Shown: positions 29,393 to 39,246, counted from the stretch's first letter. The stretch: 64,000 bases of DNA from an uncultured delta proteobacterium (GCA_963737265.1 CAVTRY010000016.1:32001-96000), one strand, 5' to 3'. Translations and numbers: made by a program. Notes: generated by a model not told the origin, from the letters alone.

Positions 29393-29968
29393 TCAGACCG
29401 GGAATTCCTTGGTGCTGATCTCCCGATGTCCGCCGGTGAACACGCTCGGGCGTGGGGTGGCGTCGTCCGGCGGTTGGGGCTGACTGCGCGCAATCGGATC
29501 GTCCTTGAGCAGCGCCGTGCCTCTGGCGGCGCCGCCACGCGGGCCGACCGCCTCGCGCCACAGGATGGAGCGCACCGTCTCCAGTGCCTGCCGCCCGGGC
29601 GCCTTTTCCACCAGGTCGGCCAGGCTCAGGATCCCGACCAGCGTTCCGCTGGGGTCGGTGATGACCAGGCGCGCTCTGCGCTCCTCGACCATCAGTTGCT
29701 CGGCGTCGCGAACGTCGGTCGTCTCCAGGCAGGTGAGGGCCGGAGAGGTCATCACCATGGCGGCGGACGTCGTCTCGGCCGCCAGCCTCTTGGCCAGGGC
29801 GCGCGTGGTGAGGTCGCGATCCGTCACCACGCCGATGATGTGTTTGCGCGCGTCGCAGATCGGCAGAAAGCCGACGCCTGCCTCCGCCATCACCGTGGCC
29901 GCCCTGAGGATCGTGTCCTTCTCGTTTAACCACTCCAGGTTCCTGTTCATGATGTCAGCACATTTCAT
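29393..29968 (-). CDS. CBS domain protein
   Basis: GFLPIC, IGVVTDRDL and LVGILSLADL motifs; GGAGGAG RBS. Confidence 0.9.
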   Translation of the reverse strand: MKCADIMNRNLEWLNEKDTILRAATVMAEAGVGFLPICDARKHIIGVVTDRDLTTRALAKRLAAETTSAAMVMTSPALTCLETTDVRDAEQLMVEERRARLVITDPSGTLVGILSLADLVEKAPGRQALETVRSILWREAVGPRGGAARGTALLKDDPIARSQPQPPDDATPRPSVFTGGHREISTKEFPV

Positions 29969-29993
29969 GACGTCTCCTCCTGCCGGGCTCGAC

Positions 29994-30010
29994 TGCATCG
30001 GTCGTACCAG
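29994..30010 (-). promoter_or_regulatory. Putative sigma-54 promoter (CBS-yceI)
   Basis: Minus strand reads CTGG-TACGACCGAT-GCA. Confidence 0.55.
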
Positions 30011-30139
30011 TTTGGCGGGCAGCGGACCGCCGCCAACGGCGGCCCGTCAAGCGCGCGAATTCTGCGCGCTCGGCCGGTTGCCTCGGAATCCTTGCGCGCC
30101 GGCCGGGCGAGCAGCGCGACGGGCCTCGGCCGCCGCCAT

Positions 30140-30155
30140 TGGCATCAGACTTGAT
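30140..30155 (+). promoter_or_regulatory. Putative sigma-54 promoter (CBS-ptsI-AI-2E)
   Basis: TGG-CATCAGACTT-GAT; the -12 element is GA rather than GC. Confidence 0.45.
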
Positions 30156-30183
30156 TGCTCGCCATTCCGAGGGGGGTCGAGCG

Positions 30184-30618
30184 ATGAACACCACAGCAAT
30201 CATGACCCGGGACGTCGTCGTGGTATCACCGACGGTCAGCGTGGCCGGGGCGACCCACATGATGGAGAGGCTCAAGATTCGTCACCTTCCGGTCGTCGAA
30301 GGGGGGCGCCTGGTCGGCATTTTGTCCGACCGCGATCTGGCCAGACACGGAAGCGGGGTTGCCTGTGCGGAAGCGATGACCGTGGCCCTGGTGACCTGCT
30401 CGCCCGAGTCGTCCGTTGGCCGTGTCGCGCAGCTCATGCTGGAACACAAGATCGATTCGATTCCCATCGTGAGCGCGTCGGGGGCGCTCACCGGGCTGGT
30501 CACCTCGACGGATCTGCTCGGGCTCTTGGTGGACCGCGAGCAAGCCCAAATCTTGCCGTTCGATTTTCGCTTGCGGATCGCTCACTCCGAGAGCGACGCG
30601 CGGGCCCTCGCCGCGTGA
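30184..30618 (+). CDS. CBS domain protein
   Basis: IRHLPVV.GG.LVGILSDRDL and GLVTSTDLL motifs. Confidence 0.9.
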   Translation: MNTTAIMTRDVVVVSPTVSVAGATHMMERLKIRHLPVVEGGRLVGILSDRDLARHGSGVACAEAMTVALVTCSPESSVGRVAQLMLEHKIDSIPIVSASGALTGLVTSTDLLGLLVDREQAQILPFDFRLRIAHSESDARALAA

Positions 30619-30625
30619 GGATCGC

Positions 30626-32344
30626 GTGCTGCTGAGAGGAACCGCCGTTTCTCCCGGAATCGGCCGGGGCTCGGCCTTCGTGCTCGCATTCGCCAGCGGC
30701 GCGGCGGCCCCCCGCCGGGGAATCTCGACGGAGGAGGTCGACGTCGAATTGGCTCGCCTCGAGGAGGCGCTGGCTCGCGCGGAGGAGGAGCTCGCAGCGG
30801 TCAGGAGCTCCGTGAGCGACAAGATTGGTCCGCGCGAGGGTGAAATCTTCACCGCCCAGGCGCTCGTCGTTCGCGACCCCATGCTTCGGAGTCAGATCTC
30901 CGCCCTGATCCGGGACCAGAGGATCAACGCCGAAGCCGCGGTCGCCGAGGTGGTCGAGAGCTTCACCAAGACATTTGGCGAGATCCCCAATCCCTACCTC
31001 CGCGAGCGGGCGAGTGACATTCGCGACGTGGGCCGGCGGGTTCTGGCCGCGCTGGTGGGGACGCATGAGCAGCTGGAGGTGCCAGAAGGCGCCGTGGTCG
31101 TCGCAGAGGAGTTGCTTCCCTCCGTGACGGCGCGGCTCGAGGTCGGCCACATCCGGGCCTTCGTCAGCGAGCACGGAGGTCGATTCTCGCACGCGTCGAT
31201 CATGGCTCGCTCGCAGGGAATGCCGGCGGTCACCGGGATCCCGGGCGCATCACGGGCGATCGAGACCGGCAATCGACTGATCGTCGACGGCATCACGGGG
31301 GTGGTCTTCGTCAATCCATCCGACGCCGTCGAGCGGGAGTACGAACGGCTCGAGACGGAAATCAGAGCCGACCGGGACCGACTCCGCGAGACCGTCGACT
31401 TGCCCGCCGTGACCCTGGATGGGACCCAGATCGGCCTCCTGGCCAATGCGGGAAAGCTCGCCGACACGGAAGCCGCCCTGCTCTACAAGGCCGACGGGAT
31501 CGGGCTCTACCGAACCGAGTTCGCGTACGCGATCCGGGACGACTTCCCGACCGAGAACGAACAGTTCGAATTCCTCGAACGCGCCGCTGCGCGCCTCCAT
31601 CCTCGTCGCGTGGTCTTCCGGTTGCTCGACCTCGGGGCTGACAAGCAGCTCCCCTATTTCCCCCTGCCGCTCAGGCGCAATCCATTGTTGGCCGAACGTG
31701 GCATCAGGCTTCTGCTCAACCACCCGGAGCTCCTCAGGCGACAGCTGCGAGCGTTCCTGCGGGTCAGTGCCTCGCATCCCGTGTCGATCCTTCTTCCGAT
31801 GGTCAGTGGGGTCGAGGATGTTCGCCGAACACGCGAAGTCCTCCGAGACGCGCAGGAAGAGCTTCGTGCCGCCGGGCTTCCCTTCGATCCGCGGGTCTTG
31901 ATCGGAGCGATGATCGAGATTCCGGCGGCAGTGCTGGTGGCGCGCGACCTGGCAAAGGAGGTCGACTTCTTCAGCCTGGGAACGAACGATCTCGTGCAGT
32001 ACGTGCTCGCCGCGGACCGCGAAGATGAATCCGTGGCGCCGTACTACCAGCCACTGCATCCCGCTGTCCTGCGCCTGATCAGCTCACTTGCCGACGTCGC
32101 CAGCCAAACCGGACGGCCGCTCACGATCTGCGGCGACATCGCGGGAGATCCTCTCTACACCGAGCTGCTCCTGGGGCTCGGTCTGCGCGCGCTCAGCGTG
32201 GCGCCCGGAGAGATCCTGGGCGTCAAACATCGAATCCGCACCATCGAGCTGGGAGAGGCGCGGGCATTCGCCCGAACGGTGCTGGAGCTCGGATCCGCGG
32301 CGGAGATCGAGAACCTGGTGGGGAATCGCCTCCCGCACCGGTGA
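30626..32344 (+). CDS. ptsI: Phosphoenolpyruvate-protein phosphotransferase (PTS enzyme I)
   Basis: SHASIMAR phospho-His motif; GLYRTEF, MIEIP, SLGTNDL and ICGD motifs; no GAF domain. Confidence 0.93.
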   Translation: MLLRGTAVSPGIGRGSAFVLAFASGAAAPRRGISTEEVDVELARLEEALARAEEELAAVRSSVSDKIGPREGEIFTAQALVVRDPMLRSQISALIRDQRINAEAAVAEVVESFTKTFGEIPNPYLRERASDIRDVGRRVLAALVGTHEQLEVPEGAVVVAEELLPSVTARLEVGHIRAFVSEHGGRFSHASIMARSQGMPAVTGIPGASRAIETGNRLIVDGITGVVFVNPSDAVEREYERLETEIRADRDRLRETVDLPAVTLDGTQIGLLANAGKLADTEAALLYKADGIGLYRTEFAYAIRDDFPTENEQFEFLERAAARLHPRRVVFRLLDLGADKQLPYFPLPLRRNPLLAERGIRLLLNHPELLRRQLRAFLRVSASHPVSILLPMVSGVEDVRRTREVLRDAQEELRAAGLPFDPRVLIGAMIEIPAAVLVARDLAKEVDFFSLGTNDLVQYVLAADREDESVAPYYQPLHPAVLRLISSLADVASQTGRPLTICGDIAGDPLYTELLLGLGLRALSVAPGEILGVKHRIRTIELGEARAFARTVLELGSAAEIENLVGNRLPHR

Positions 32345-32404
32345 TCGTCGAGCCGTTCGAGCGGTCGTCGCAACAGGCGGACCGGCGGTGATTACCTTAC
32401 GCGC

Positions 32405-33472
32405 GTGGAGGACGGGGGGGCACGGCGCCGGGCGCAGGTGGTCGTGACGGGCGCGGCGACGGCGCTCATCATCGCCGTCGGGTTACCGCTCTGGCGCCCG
32501 TTGCTGGTCGCCGCGGTCCTGGCGGGCGCGCTGTCACCGCTCTACGAATCTGCGGTGCGGCGCCTGGGCGGCCGGCGCTCCTTCGGCGCCGGGTTGTTTA
32601 CGGCCGCCACTGTCATCCTGATCCTGATTCCAATCGCGTTACTCGCGATCATTGCCGTGCGCGAGGCAACCCAGGCGGTCGGGCTCGTTCGCGACACCAT
32701 CGCGTCCGAGGGGATCCGGGGCCTCATCGCGGAGGCGCCCGATCCGCTCGAGGGCTGGTTGCGGCGGTTGATGAAGCTGCTGCCGACCGAGAGCGGCCCC
32801 GCGGCGTCACAGCTCGGTGCCGGCGGGCGCTGGGCGCTGGGCGCGCTGTCGGGCGCGCTGTCGGTGCTGGCCCAATTCGGAATCCGGTTCGTGTTGATGT
32901 TGATCGCGCTCTTCTTCCTGCTGCGCGACGGCCCCGCGCTGGTCGACTGGTTCGTCGGCGCGACGCCGCTGGCGCCCGAGCGCGCGCGAGAGATGATGCG
33001 GGAGTTCCGGCTCGTCGCCCGTTCCGTGCTGGGCGCGAACTTCATCACCGCCGCGGCGCAGGCGGCCGTCGCCACGATCGGATTCGCCATCGCCCGCGCT
33101 CCGAGCCCGATCTTCTTCGGCCTGCTCTCCCTGTTCTCGTCGCTGATTCCGTCGGTCGGGACGGCGCTGGTGACGTTCCCCGTCGCCGGGCTGATGCTGC
33201 TGCTCGGTCACCCCTGGTCGGCCCTGTTCCTGGCCGTGTGGGCGGCGCTGGCGGTGGGCCTCGTCGACAATCTCCTGCGGCCGATGCTGATCCGTGGCCA
33301 GGGCCAGCTGAACGGCGCGCTGGTCTTCTTTGCGCTCATCGGCGCGATGAGCGCGTTCGGCGCCGAGGGCCTGTTCGTCGGACCGCTGGCGCTCGCCTTC
33401 TTCCTCGCCGTCGTGCGCACCAGGCGACGCCAGCGAGAGACGCCCGCCGGAGGGGCGATCGGGATCGGATGA
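32405..33472 (+). CDS. AI-2E family transporter
   Basis: FFLLRDG, IP.VGT, VDN.LRP.L and GLFVGP motifs. Confidence 0.9.
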   Translation: MEDGGARRRAQVVVTGAATALIIAVGLPLWRPLLVAAVLAGALSPLYESAVRRLGGRRSFGAGLFTAATVILILIPIALLAIIAVREATQAVGLVRDTIASEGIRGLIAEAPDPLEGWLRRLMKLLPTESGPAASQLGAGGRWALGALSGALSVLAQFGIRFVLMLIALFFLLRDGPALVDWFVGATPLAPERAREMMREFRLVARSVLGANFITAAAQAAVATIGFAIARAPSPIFFGLLSLFSSLIPSVGTALVTFPVAGLMLLLGHPWSALFLAVWAALAVGLVDNLLRPMLIRGQGQLNGALVFFALIGAMSAFGAEGLFVGPLALAFFLAVVRTRRRQRETPAGGAIGIG

Positions 33473-33482
33473 CGGGCCCGGG

Positions 33483-34094
33483 TCACCTGCCGGTGCTCGT
33501 GCGCAGGCCGACGGCCACCGGCTCGGCGTAGGTCACCTCGACCCTGTCCCCGGGGCTGAGCGACCGCAAGCGCCGCCGCTCTGCCCGATCCTGGACCAGC
33601 AGAGTCTGTGGGCGCTTGTCTGGTGTCACGATCTGAAGCGCCCCCTTGTCGTTGTCGACCGCGGTCACGCGCGCCGCGGTGGTGATGAGCTGCGTGTCCG
33701 CCGCCGCGCCCAGGGCTGGGGCGTTGGCCCGCGTGGGTGCCTCTTGCTCTTGAGCGGCCGGGGCGTCGGCTGGAGCGAGAGACACGACGGAGGACATGTA
33801 GTAGTCGAGCTCGACCTGATCGCCCTTTTGGAGCTGCTCGAACCCCTCGACAGTGGGGGCGACCTTGACGGTCATCCGAGAGCCGCCAGGGCCTTGCACG
33901 ACCAAGGATCGGTTCGAGCGGTCGACCTTTTCGACCGAGAACGAAGCGGTGGTCGTCTCCTGTTGCTGCTCGGCCGACGACGATGGTTCTGCCGTCGCGG
34001 TCACCGAATTGTCGGCGTCGGCGTAGGCATCAGCGCCGACGGGAAAACCGACACCCAAACTCAACAGCGCCGCCATCACACTGGCCCCGCTCAT
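33483..34094 (-). CDS. Secreted protein with two small beta-barrel (OB-fold-like) repeats
   Basis: GGAGG RBS; signal peptide; two V..VD...R/G.L.. ...L..GD.V repeats. Confidence 0.7.
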   Translation of the reverse strand: MSGASVMAALLSLGVGFPVGADAYADADNSVTATAEPSSSAEQQQETTTASFSVEKVDRSNRSLVVQGPGGSRMTVKVAPTVEGFEQLQKGDQVELDYYMSSVVSLAPADAPAAQEQEAPTRANAPALGAAADTQLITTAARVTAVDNDKGALQIVTPDKRPQTLLVQDRAERRRLRSLSPGDRVEVTYAEPVAVGLRTSTGR

Positions 34095-34147
34095 GAGTGC
34101 CTCCGTTGTCAATATGTCCGCGGGCGGGTTTTCGGCAAGCAGAGGCG

Positions 34148-34177
34148 CAAATCGGCACAAATCGGCACAAATCGGCA
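34148..34177. repeat. 10-bp tandem repeat, 3 copies, in a divergent intergenic region
   Basis: caaatcggca three times perfect. Confidence 0.9.
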
Positions 34178-34305
34178 ATCGATGGTCTGTGCGCGCTCGA
34201 GCTAGGGGGTTGACGAGATCCCGCCGGCTTCGTCAGACTGAGGCAAACCGACTGGGATCCGTGTCTAGGGGGGAGCGGGTTCCGAGGCCAAAAAGGCGAA
34301 ATGGA

Positions 34306-35976
34306 ATGACCCCTCTCAGTCTGCGCCAACGACCGCGGGTGCGCCTCGCGCCGCCCGACTTCGCGAATCCTCCCTCGCTCGACCCGCCGAGCGAAGGCGC
34401 GCGCCGTTCCCCTCGGCCGGGCGCCGCCCGTGAGCGGATTCTCCTGGTGGAAGACGACCGGAGCATCCGGGCCGCGCTGCAGGGGATTCTGGAGGACGAA
34501 GGTTACGCCGTCACGACGGCCGAGAACGGACGTCAGGCCCTGGAGCGGCTTCGATCGAGCCCGGTGCCCGAGCTCATCGTCCTCGATCTTCGAATGCCCG
34601 TCATGGACGGCTGGGAGTTCCGCGCCGCGCAGAAGCAGGACCCCGCGCTGGCGCGGATTCCGGTGCTGGCCGTGTCGGCCGACGGGAGCGCCAAGGCTGC
34701 GGCGATCGACGCGCAAGCCTACCTGCGCAAGCCGCTCGATACCGACGCGCTTCTCAACGCGATCGGCCGGATCCTGGGAGAGGCCGATCGGCAAAATCTG
34801 TTGCGGCGGCTCGAAGAGGCGGAGCGTTTTGCCGCGCTCGGCAGGCTGGCCGCGAGCGTCGGCCACGAGATCAACAACCCGCTCGCTTATGTCTCGATGA
34901 ATGTCGATCTCGCGGCCGCCCAGCTGGATCGGTTCCTCGGGCCAGACGTCAGGGGTGCCGTCTCCTCGGCCGGCCTGGCCAACCTTCCCGGCCTCTTCCG
35001 TGAATGTCGCGTGGGGCTCGACCGCATCCGCGACGTGGTCAAGGATCTGCAGCGGCTCTCCCGCCAGTCCGAAGTGACACGCGAAACGTTCTCCCTCAAT
35101 GATCTCCTGGACGAGTCGCTGGCGATGGCGAGAAATCAGGTCGCGCATCGTGCCCGGGTGCGCAAGCTCTACGGGGAAGTTCACGCGGTCGTCGGGGATC
35201 GCTCCGCCCTCGGGCAGGTTCTGCTCAACCTCATCCTGAACGCCGCCCAGGCGCTCCCCGAGGGGCAGGCCGACACGAACGAGATCACACTGCGGACCTC
35301 CACGGAGGGAGCGACGGTCACCGTCGAGGTCAGCGACACGGGCGCGGGAATCCCGCCCCAGGTGCTGCCGCACATCTTCGATCCCTTCTTCACGACGAAG
35401 CCAATCGGTGAGGGGACTGGGCTGGGGCTGGCCGTCTCTTGCCGCATCGTCGCCGACCACGGAGGTCGAATCGATGTCGAGAGCGACGTCGGTCGCGGCT
35501 CGGTCTTCCGGGTCATTCTTCCTCTCGTGCGACCCGAGGTCCCACAGACGCCCCGAGACGAGGACCAGGGCGCGCGAACCGAACGGGCGATCTCGCGCGC
35601 GCGGATCCTGGTGATCGACGACCAGCCGACCTTCGGCCGAACGATCTCGCGGGCGTTGACCGAGCACGACGTCACGGTGGTGGCAAGGGCGGTCGAGGCG
35701 TTCGCGCTGCTGACGGCAGGGGAGGAGTTTGACGTCATCCTCTGCGACCTCTTGATGCCCGAAATGGGGGGACGCGGCGTATTCGAGCGAATCAAGGCCG
35801 ACTGGCCGCATCTGGCCCCCCGAACGATCTTCATGACCGGCGGCGCGTTCACGCCCGAGTCGCGCCAGTTCCTCGAACGATCGCAGCAGACGGTTCTCAC
35901 CAAGCCTTTCTCTTTGGACGTGCTGCGGGCCGCTGTCTACGCGTTGATGGAAGACCGCACCGACGGTCCCAATTGA
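34306..35976 (+). CDS. Hybrid kinase REC-HisKA-HATPase-REC without a sensor domain
   Basis: LLVEDD...LDLRMP; GHEINNPL; LNLILNAAQA; FFTTKP.GEGTGLGL; second REC (CDLLMP...TKP). Start approximate. Confidence 0.92.
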   Translation: MTPLSLRQRPRVRLAPPDFANPPSLDPPSEGARRSPRPGAARERILLVEDDRSIRAALQGILEDEGYAVTTAENGRQALERLRSSPVPELIVLDLRMPVMDGWEFRAAQKQDPALARIPVLAVSADGSAKAAAIDAQAYLRKPLDTDALLNAIGRILGEADRQNLLRRLEEAERFAALGRLAASVGHEINNPLAYVSMNVDLAAAQLDRFLGPDVRGAVSSAGLANLPGLFRECRVGLDRIRDVVKDLQRLSRQSEVTRETFSLNDLLDESLAMARNQVAHRARVRKLYGEVHAVVGDRSALGQVLLNLILNAAQALPEGQADTNEITLRTSTEGATVTVEVSDTGAGIPPQVLPHIFDPFFTTKPIGEGTGLGLAVSCRIVADHGGRIDVESDVGRGSVFRVILPLVRPEVPQTPRDEDQGARTERAISRARILVIDDQPTFGRTISRALTEHDVTVVARAVEAFALLTAGEEFDVILCDLLMPEMGGRGVFERIKADWPHLAPRTIFMTGGAFTPESRQFLERSQQTVLTKPFSLDVLRAAVYALMEDRTDGPN

Positions 35977-37451
35977 TGAAGCGCGAGGCTTGGTCCGGGC
36001 TGGCGCGAGATCTGGATTGGGACTTCACCTACGTTCGGCAGGAAGAGGTCTTTCCGACCGCGGTGAGCGGGCGCCCCTGGCTTCCGCACGAAGAGTGGAA
36101 AGGGTGGGAGGAGCCCTACAAGACGACCTACGCAGACTACGTCGCCAACCAGAGCGAGAAGGAGCGCGCCCTCGGGGCTGTGCGCGCGGCGCTCGGTCGG
36201 ATCTCGGACTTCAAGCGGCTGCCCCGCACCTGGTTGAGCGCGCTCAAGCTCCACAATGCGACGCTGCCGCTGGCGGAGTTCGCGGCGGTGATTGGCAACC
36301 TGCGCGCCGCGCGCTTCGGCCGCACCGCCGCCTGGCGCACGGCGGCCAGCTTCGGGGCGCTCGACGAGCTTCGTCACACGCAGATTCCCCTTCTGCTCAT
36401 GCATCCGCTGGTCGCCTGGGACGAGCAGTTCGACTGGACGCATCGATTTTTTCACACCGACAACTGGGTGGCGATCGCGGCCCGCCACCTCACCGACGAG
36501 CTCCTGCTGGGGGCCGATCCGATCGAGTTCGCCGTGGGGACCAACTTCGTGTTCGAGACCGGCTTCACCAACCTGCAGTTCATCGGCCTGTCGGCGGTGG
36601 CGCACGACGTGGGGGATCGCCTGTTCGAGACCCTGCTCGGCAGCATTCAGAGCGACGAGGCGCGCCATGCCCAGATCGGCGGGCCGGTGTTGGCCAAGTT
36701 GGTCGAGAAGGATCCCGAGCGGGCCCAGCGCCTCGTCGACAAATGGTTCTGGCGGAGCTGGCAGCTGTTCGCGATCGTGACCGGCTTCGCGATGGACTAC
36801 CTCACGCCGCTCGCCGAGCGCGGAGCGTCGTTCAAGGAGTTCATGCAGGAGTGGGTGGTCGACCAATTCCTGCAAACGCTGCGCGCGTACGGGCTCGAGC
36901 GCCCCTGGTACTGGGAGACGTTCCTCGGCGCCCTCGAGCACTACCACCACATGGTCTACGCGAGCGCGTACACCTATCGGGCGTCGGTCTGGTTCGACCT
37001 CGTCGTGCCTGGGCCCGACGAGCGCGCCTGGCTGCGCGGCAAATATCCCGCCTCCTGGCCCTCGCTGGAGCCGGTCTGGGAGCAGATCACCGCGCGCTGG
37101 CGCGAGGCTGATCCAGGGAACGACTTCGCGGTGCACGGCGCCGCCATCGTCGGTTTTTGCGAGCTGTGTCAGCTGGTCCTTTGCGGCGGGACCCCCGCGC
37201 GGAACAGCGCGGTCGTCGCCGAGCATGGGGGGCGCCGGCGGATCTTCTGCTCGGAGCCCTGCCGCTGGATCTTCGAGAGCGAGCCCGAGCGCTACGCGGG
37301 GCACGCCGGGATCGTGCAACGGGTCCTCGCCGGGAAGGCGCCCGCCAACATCCTGGCGCTCTTGCGACAGACCTTCGGCCTCACCTACGACAGCTGGGGC
37401 AAGGACGCCTTCGGCGGCGAGTATCCCTGGCTGGTGCGGGAGCGACCATGA
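35976..37451 (+). CDS. tmoA: Soluble di-iron monooxygenase alpha subunit, toluene-4-monooxygenase TmoA-like
   Basis: W.LAR.LDW..YV N-terminus; iron ligands LAEF, DELRH, FETGFTN, DEARH; C..CQ and YHS-like FCSE.C.WIF C-terminus. Confidence 0.93.
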   Translation: MKREAWSGLARDLDWDFTYVRQEEVFPTAVSGRPWLPHEEWKGWEEPYKTTYADYVANQSEKERALGAVRAALGRISDFKRLPRTWLSALKLHNATLPLAEFAAVIGNLRAARFGRTAAWRTAASFGALDELRHTQIPLLLMHPLVAWDEQFDWTHRFFHTDNWVAIAARHLTDELLLGADPIEFAVGTNFVFETGFTNLQFIGLSAVAHDVGDRLFETLLGSIQSDEARHAQIGGPVLAKLVEKDPERAQRLVDKWFWRSWQLFAIVTGFAMDYLTPLAERGASFKEFMQEWVVDQFLQTLRAYGLERPWYWETFLGALEHYHHMVYASAYTYRASVWFDLVVPGPDERAWLRGKYPASWPSLEPVWEQITARWREADPGNDFAVHGAAIVGFCELCQLVLCGGTPARNSAVVAEHGGRRRIFCSEPCRWIFESEPERYAGHAGIVQRVLAGKAPANILALLRQTFGLTYDSWGKDAFGGEYPWLVRERP

Positions 37452-37702
37452 CGGTGATGCCGCTCTACGGATTCGTGCAGGGGGACACGATGGGCGTCGT
37501 GGTGCTGGGACGGCTCGACGCCCCCGTCGCCCAGCTGGGCGCCGACCTCCTGCGCGCGGTGGGGGTGCGGATCAACCGCCAGGGGCCCTACCAGCTGCGG
37601 GCTGGCGCGCGCCGGCTCGATCCCGATGCCACCTTGCGGACAGAGGCGCTCGCGCCGCTCGACCGGATCGATCTCGTTTGGGACCAGGGAGCGTCCGCAT
37701 GA
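37448..37702 (+). CDS. tmoB: Monooxygenase gamma subunit TmoB-like
   Basis: PLYGFVQGD...V.VR...PLDRIDL; ATGA overlaps at both ends. Confidence 0.85.
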   Translation: MTVMPLYGFVQGDTMGVVVLGRLDAPVAQLGADLLRAVGVRINRQGPYQLRAGARRLDPDATLRTEALAPLDRIDLVWDQGASA

Positions 37703-38010
37703 CCTTCAAGTCTGTTCTCCGGCAAGACGACCTCTGGATCGGCGAGATGACCGGAGTGAAGGTCGAGGGGTGCCCGGTCCTTCTGGTCAACGTCGAGGGG
37801 ACGGTGTGCGCCTACGAAGATCGCTGTCGCCACCTGGCCCGCCCCCTCAGCGAGGGAAAGCTCACCGGCAATCGGCTGGTCTGCGCGGCCCACGCCTGGG
37901 AGTACGACGCTTGCACGGGCCGCGGCATCAACCCCGACAACATGGCGCTCCGCCGCTACCCGGTCCGGATCGCCGACGGCGAAATTCTGGTGGATCTCGA
38001 TGCTGTCTGA
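37699..38010 (+). CDS. tmoC: Rieske [2Fe-2S] ferredoxin TmoC-like
   Basis: DDLW.GEM, CRH...C.AH.W and TG.GINP motifs. Confidence 0.93.
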   Translation: MTFKSVLRQDDLWIGEMTGVKVEGCPVLLVNVEGTVCAYEDRCRHLARPLSEGKLTGNRLVCAAHAWEYDACTGRGINPDNMALRRYPVRIADGEILVDLDAV

Positions 38011-38299
38011 GCGTCTGGCCCCGAGCGAGGTCGGGCCGGTGCTGCTCTGCGGCCGCGTCTCGGACGCGATCGTCGCCGCCATCCGGCAGCAGAACGCCGG
38101 CGTGCGCCTGTCGCAGCGAGGCTCCTACCTGCGCGTCTCCGTCTCCACGCGGTGCGAGGTCCGCGCCGACGCCGTCGCCACGCTGCTGGGCGAGCCGTTC
38201 CGGATCCCGCAGGACCTCGAACGGGTCATGCCTTCGTTTCGCGGTCGGCTGTTCCTGTCGGAAGAGATGGCCGCCTGGGAGGCGAGCGCGCTGCCATGA
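38000..38299 (+). CDS. tmoD: Monooxygenase effector protein, MmoB/DmpM (TmoD-like)
   Basis: VGPVL, GSYLRV, LG.PF.IP.DLE..MPSF.GR motifs. Confidence 0.9.
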   Translation: MLSERLAPSEVGPVLLCGRVSDAIVAAIRQQNAGVRLSQRGSYLRVSVSTRCEVRADAVATLLGEPFRIPQDLERVMPSFRGRLFLSEEMAAWEASALP

Positions 38300-39246
38300 A
38301 ACCTGCGCGCAAGACCTACTGGCACCTCGGTGCCGGGCGACGGTTGCCGTCGGACTACGAGATCGCCACGTCGCGGCTCCTCTATTACGTCGACCGCGGT
38401 GGATTCGCTGTCGATCTGCCGACCTCGGACTTCTACCGGCGCCATCAGACGGGGTCGTTGCTCGTCTCCGATCGCTGGGACGAGCTTTGCGATCCGCGCG
38501 CCACGACCTACACGAAGTATGTCGACATCGAACGAGAGCGGGAAGCCTATGTAGGCCGGCTGCTGACCACCATCGAGGAGTCGGACTACGATCGGGGGCT
38601 CCCCGGCGCCTGGCTCGGGACCCTGGGTGGCGCGCTCTCTCCGCTCCGTTTCCTCTGTCACGGCCTGCAGATGGTGGCGGCCTACATCGGACAGATGGCC
38701 CCGAGCGGACGCATCGCCGTCGCGGCGCTGTTCCAGTGCGGCGACGAGATCCGGCGCATTCAACGCTTCGCCTACCGGCTGGCGCTGCTCGCGCGGTGCA
38801 GCCCCGACCTCGGGACGGCAGGACGCGGCCTCTGGCAGTCCGATCCCCGCTGGCAGCCGTTGCGACGGGCGATCGAGCGACTGCTGGTCGCCTACGATTG
38901 GGGCGAGGCGTTCGTCGCCCTCAATGTCTGCCTCAAGCCGATGATCGACGACCTCTTCCTGGTTCAGTTGGCCGAGCTTGCGGAGCGCTCGCGCGACCAC
39001 CTGGACGCGCAGATCCTCCGCTCGCTGTTCGAGGACTCCGAGTGGCACGTCGCCTGGACGGAAGCGCTGCTGGCGCACGCCTACGCCGACCGGTCTGACA
39101 ACCGCGCCGTGGTCGCGGGTTGGATTGATGCTTGGGCGCCGACCGTCGAGGCGGCCGCCGTCGCCGCCGCCGCGCTCTTGGGGACGGAACGGCAATCGAC
39201 GGCCGCCGTCATCGGGCGACAAAAAGAGGGGGGTGCGTTTGGCTGA
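38296..39246 (+). CDS. tmoE: Monooxygenase beta subunit TmoE-like
   Basis: KTY.HL...RR.PS.YEI.T..L, DP..TTY..Y, HGLQM and LL.AYDWGE.F motifs. Confidence 0.92.
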   Translation: MKPARKTYWHLGAGRRLPSDYEIATSRLLYYVDRGGFAVDLPTSDFYRRHQTGSLLVSDRWDELCDPRATTYTKYVDIEREREAYVGRLLTTIEESDYDRGLPGAWLGTLGGALSPLRFLCHGLQMVAAYIGQMAPSGRIAVAALFQCGDEIRRIQRFAYRLALLARCSPDLGTAGRGLWQSDPRWQPLRRAIERLLVAYDWGEAFVALNVCLKPMIDDLFLVQLAELAERSRDHLDAQILRSLFEDSEWHVAWTEALLAHAYADRSDNRAVVAGWIDAWAPTVEAAAVAAAALLGTERQSTAAVIGRQKEGGAFG

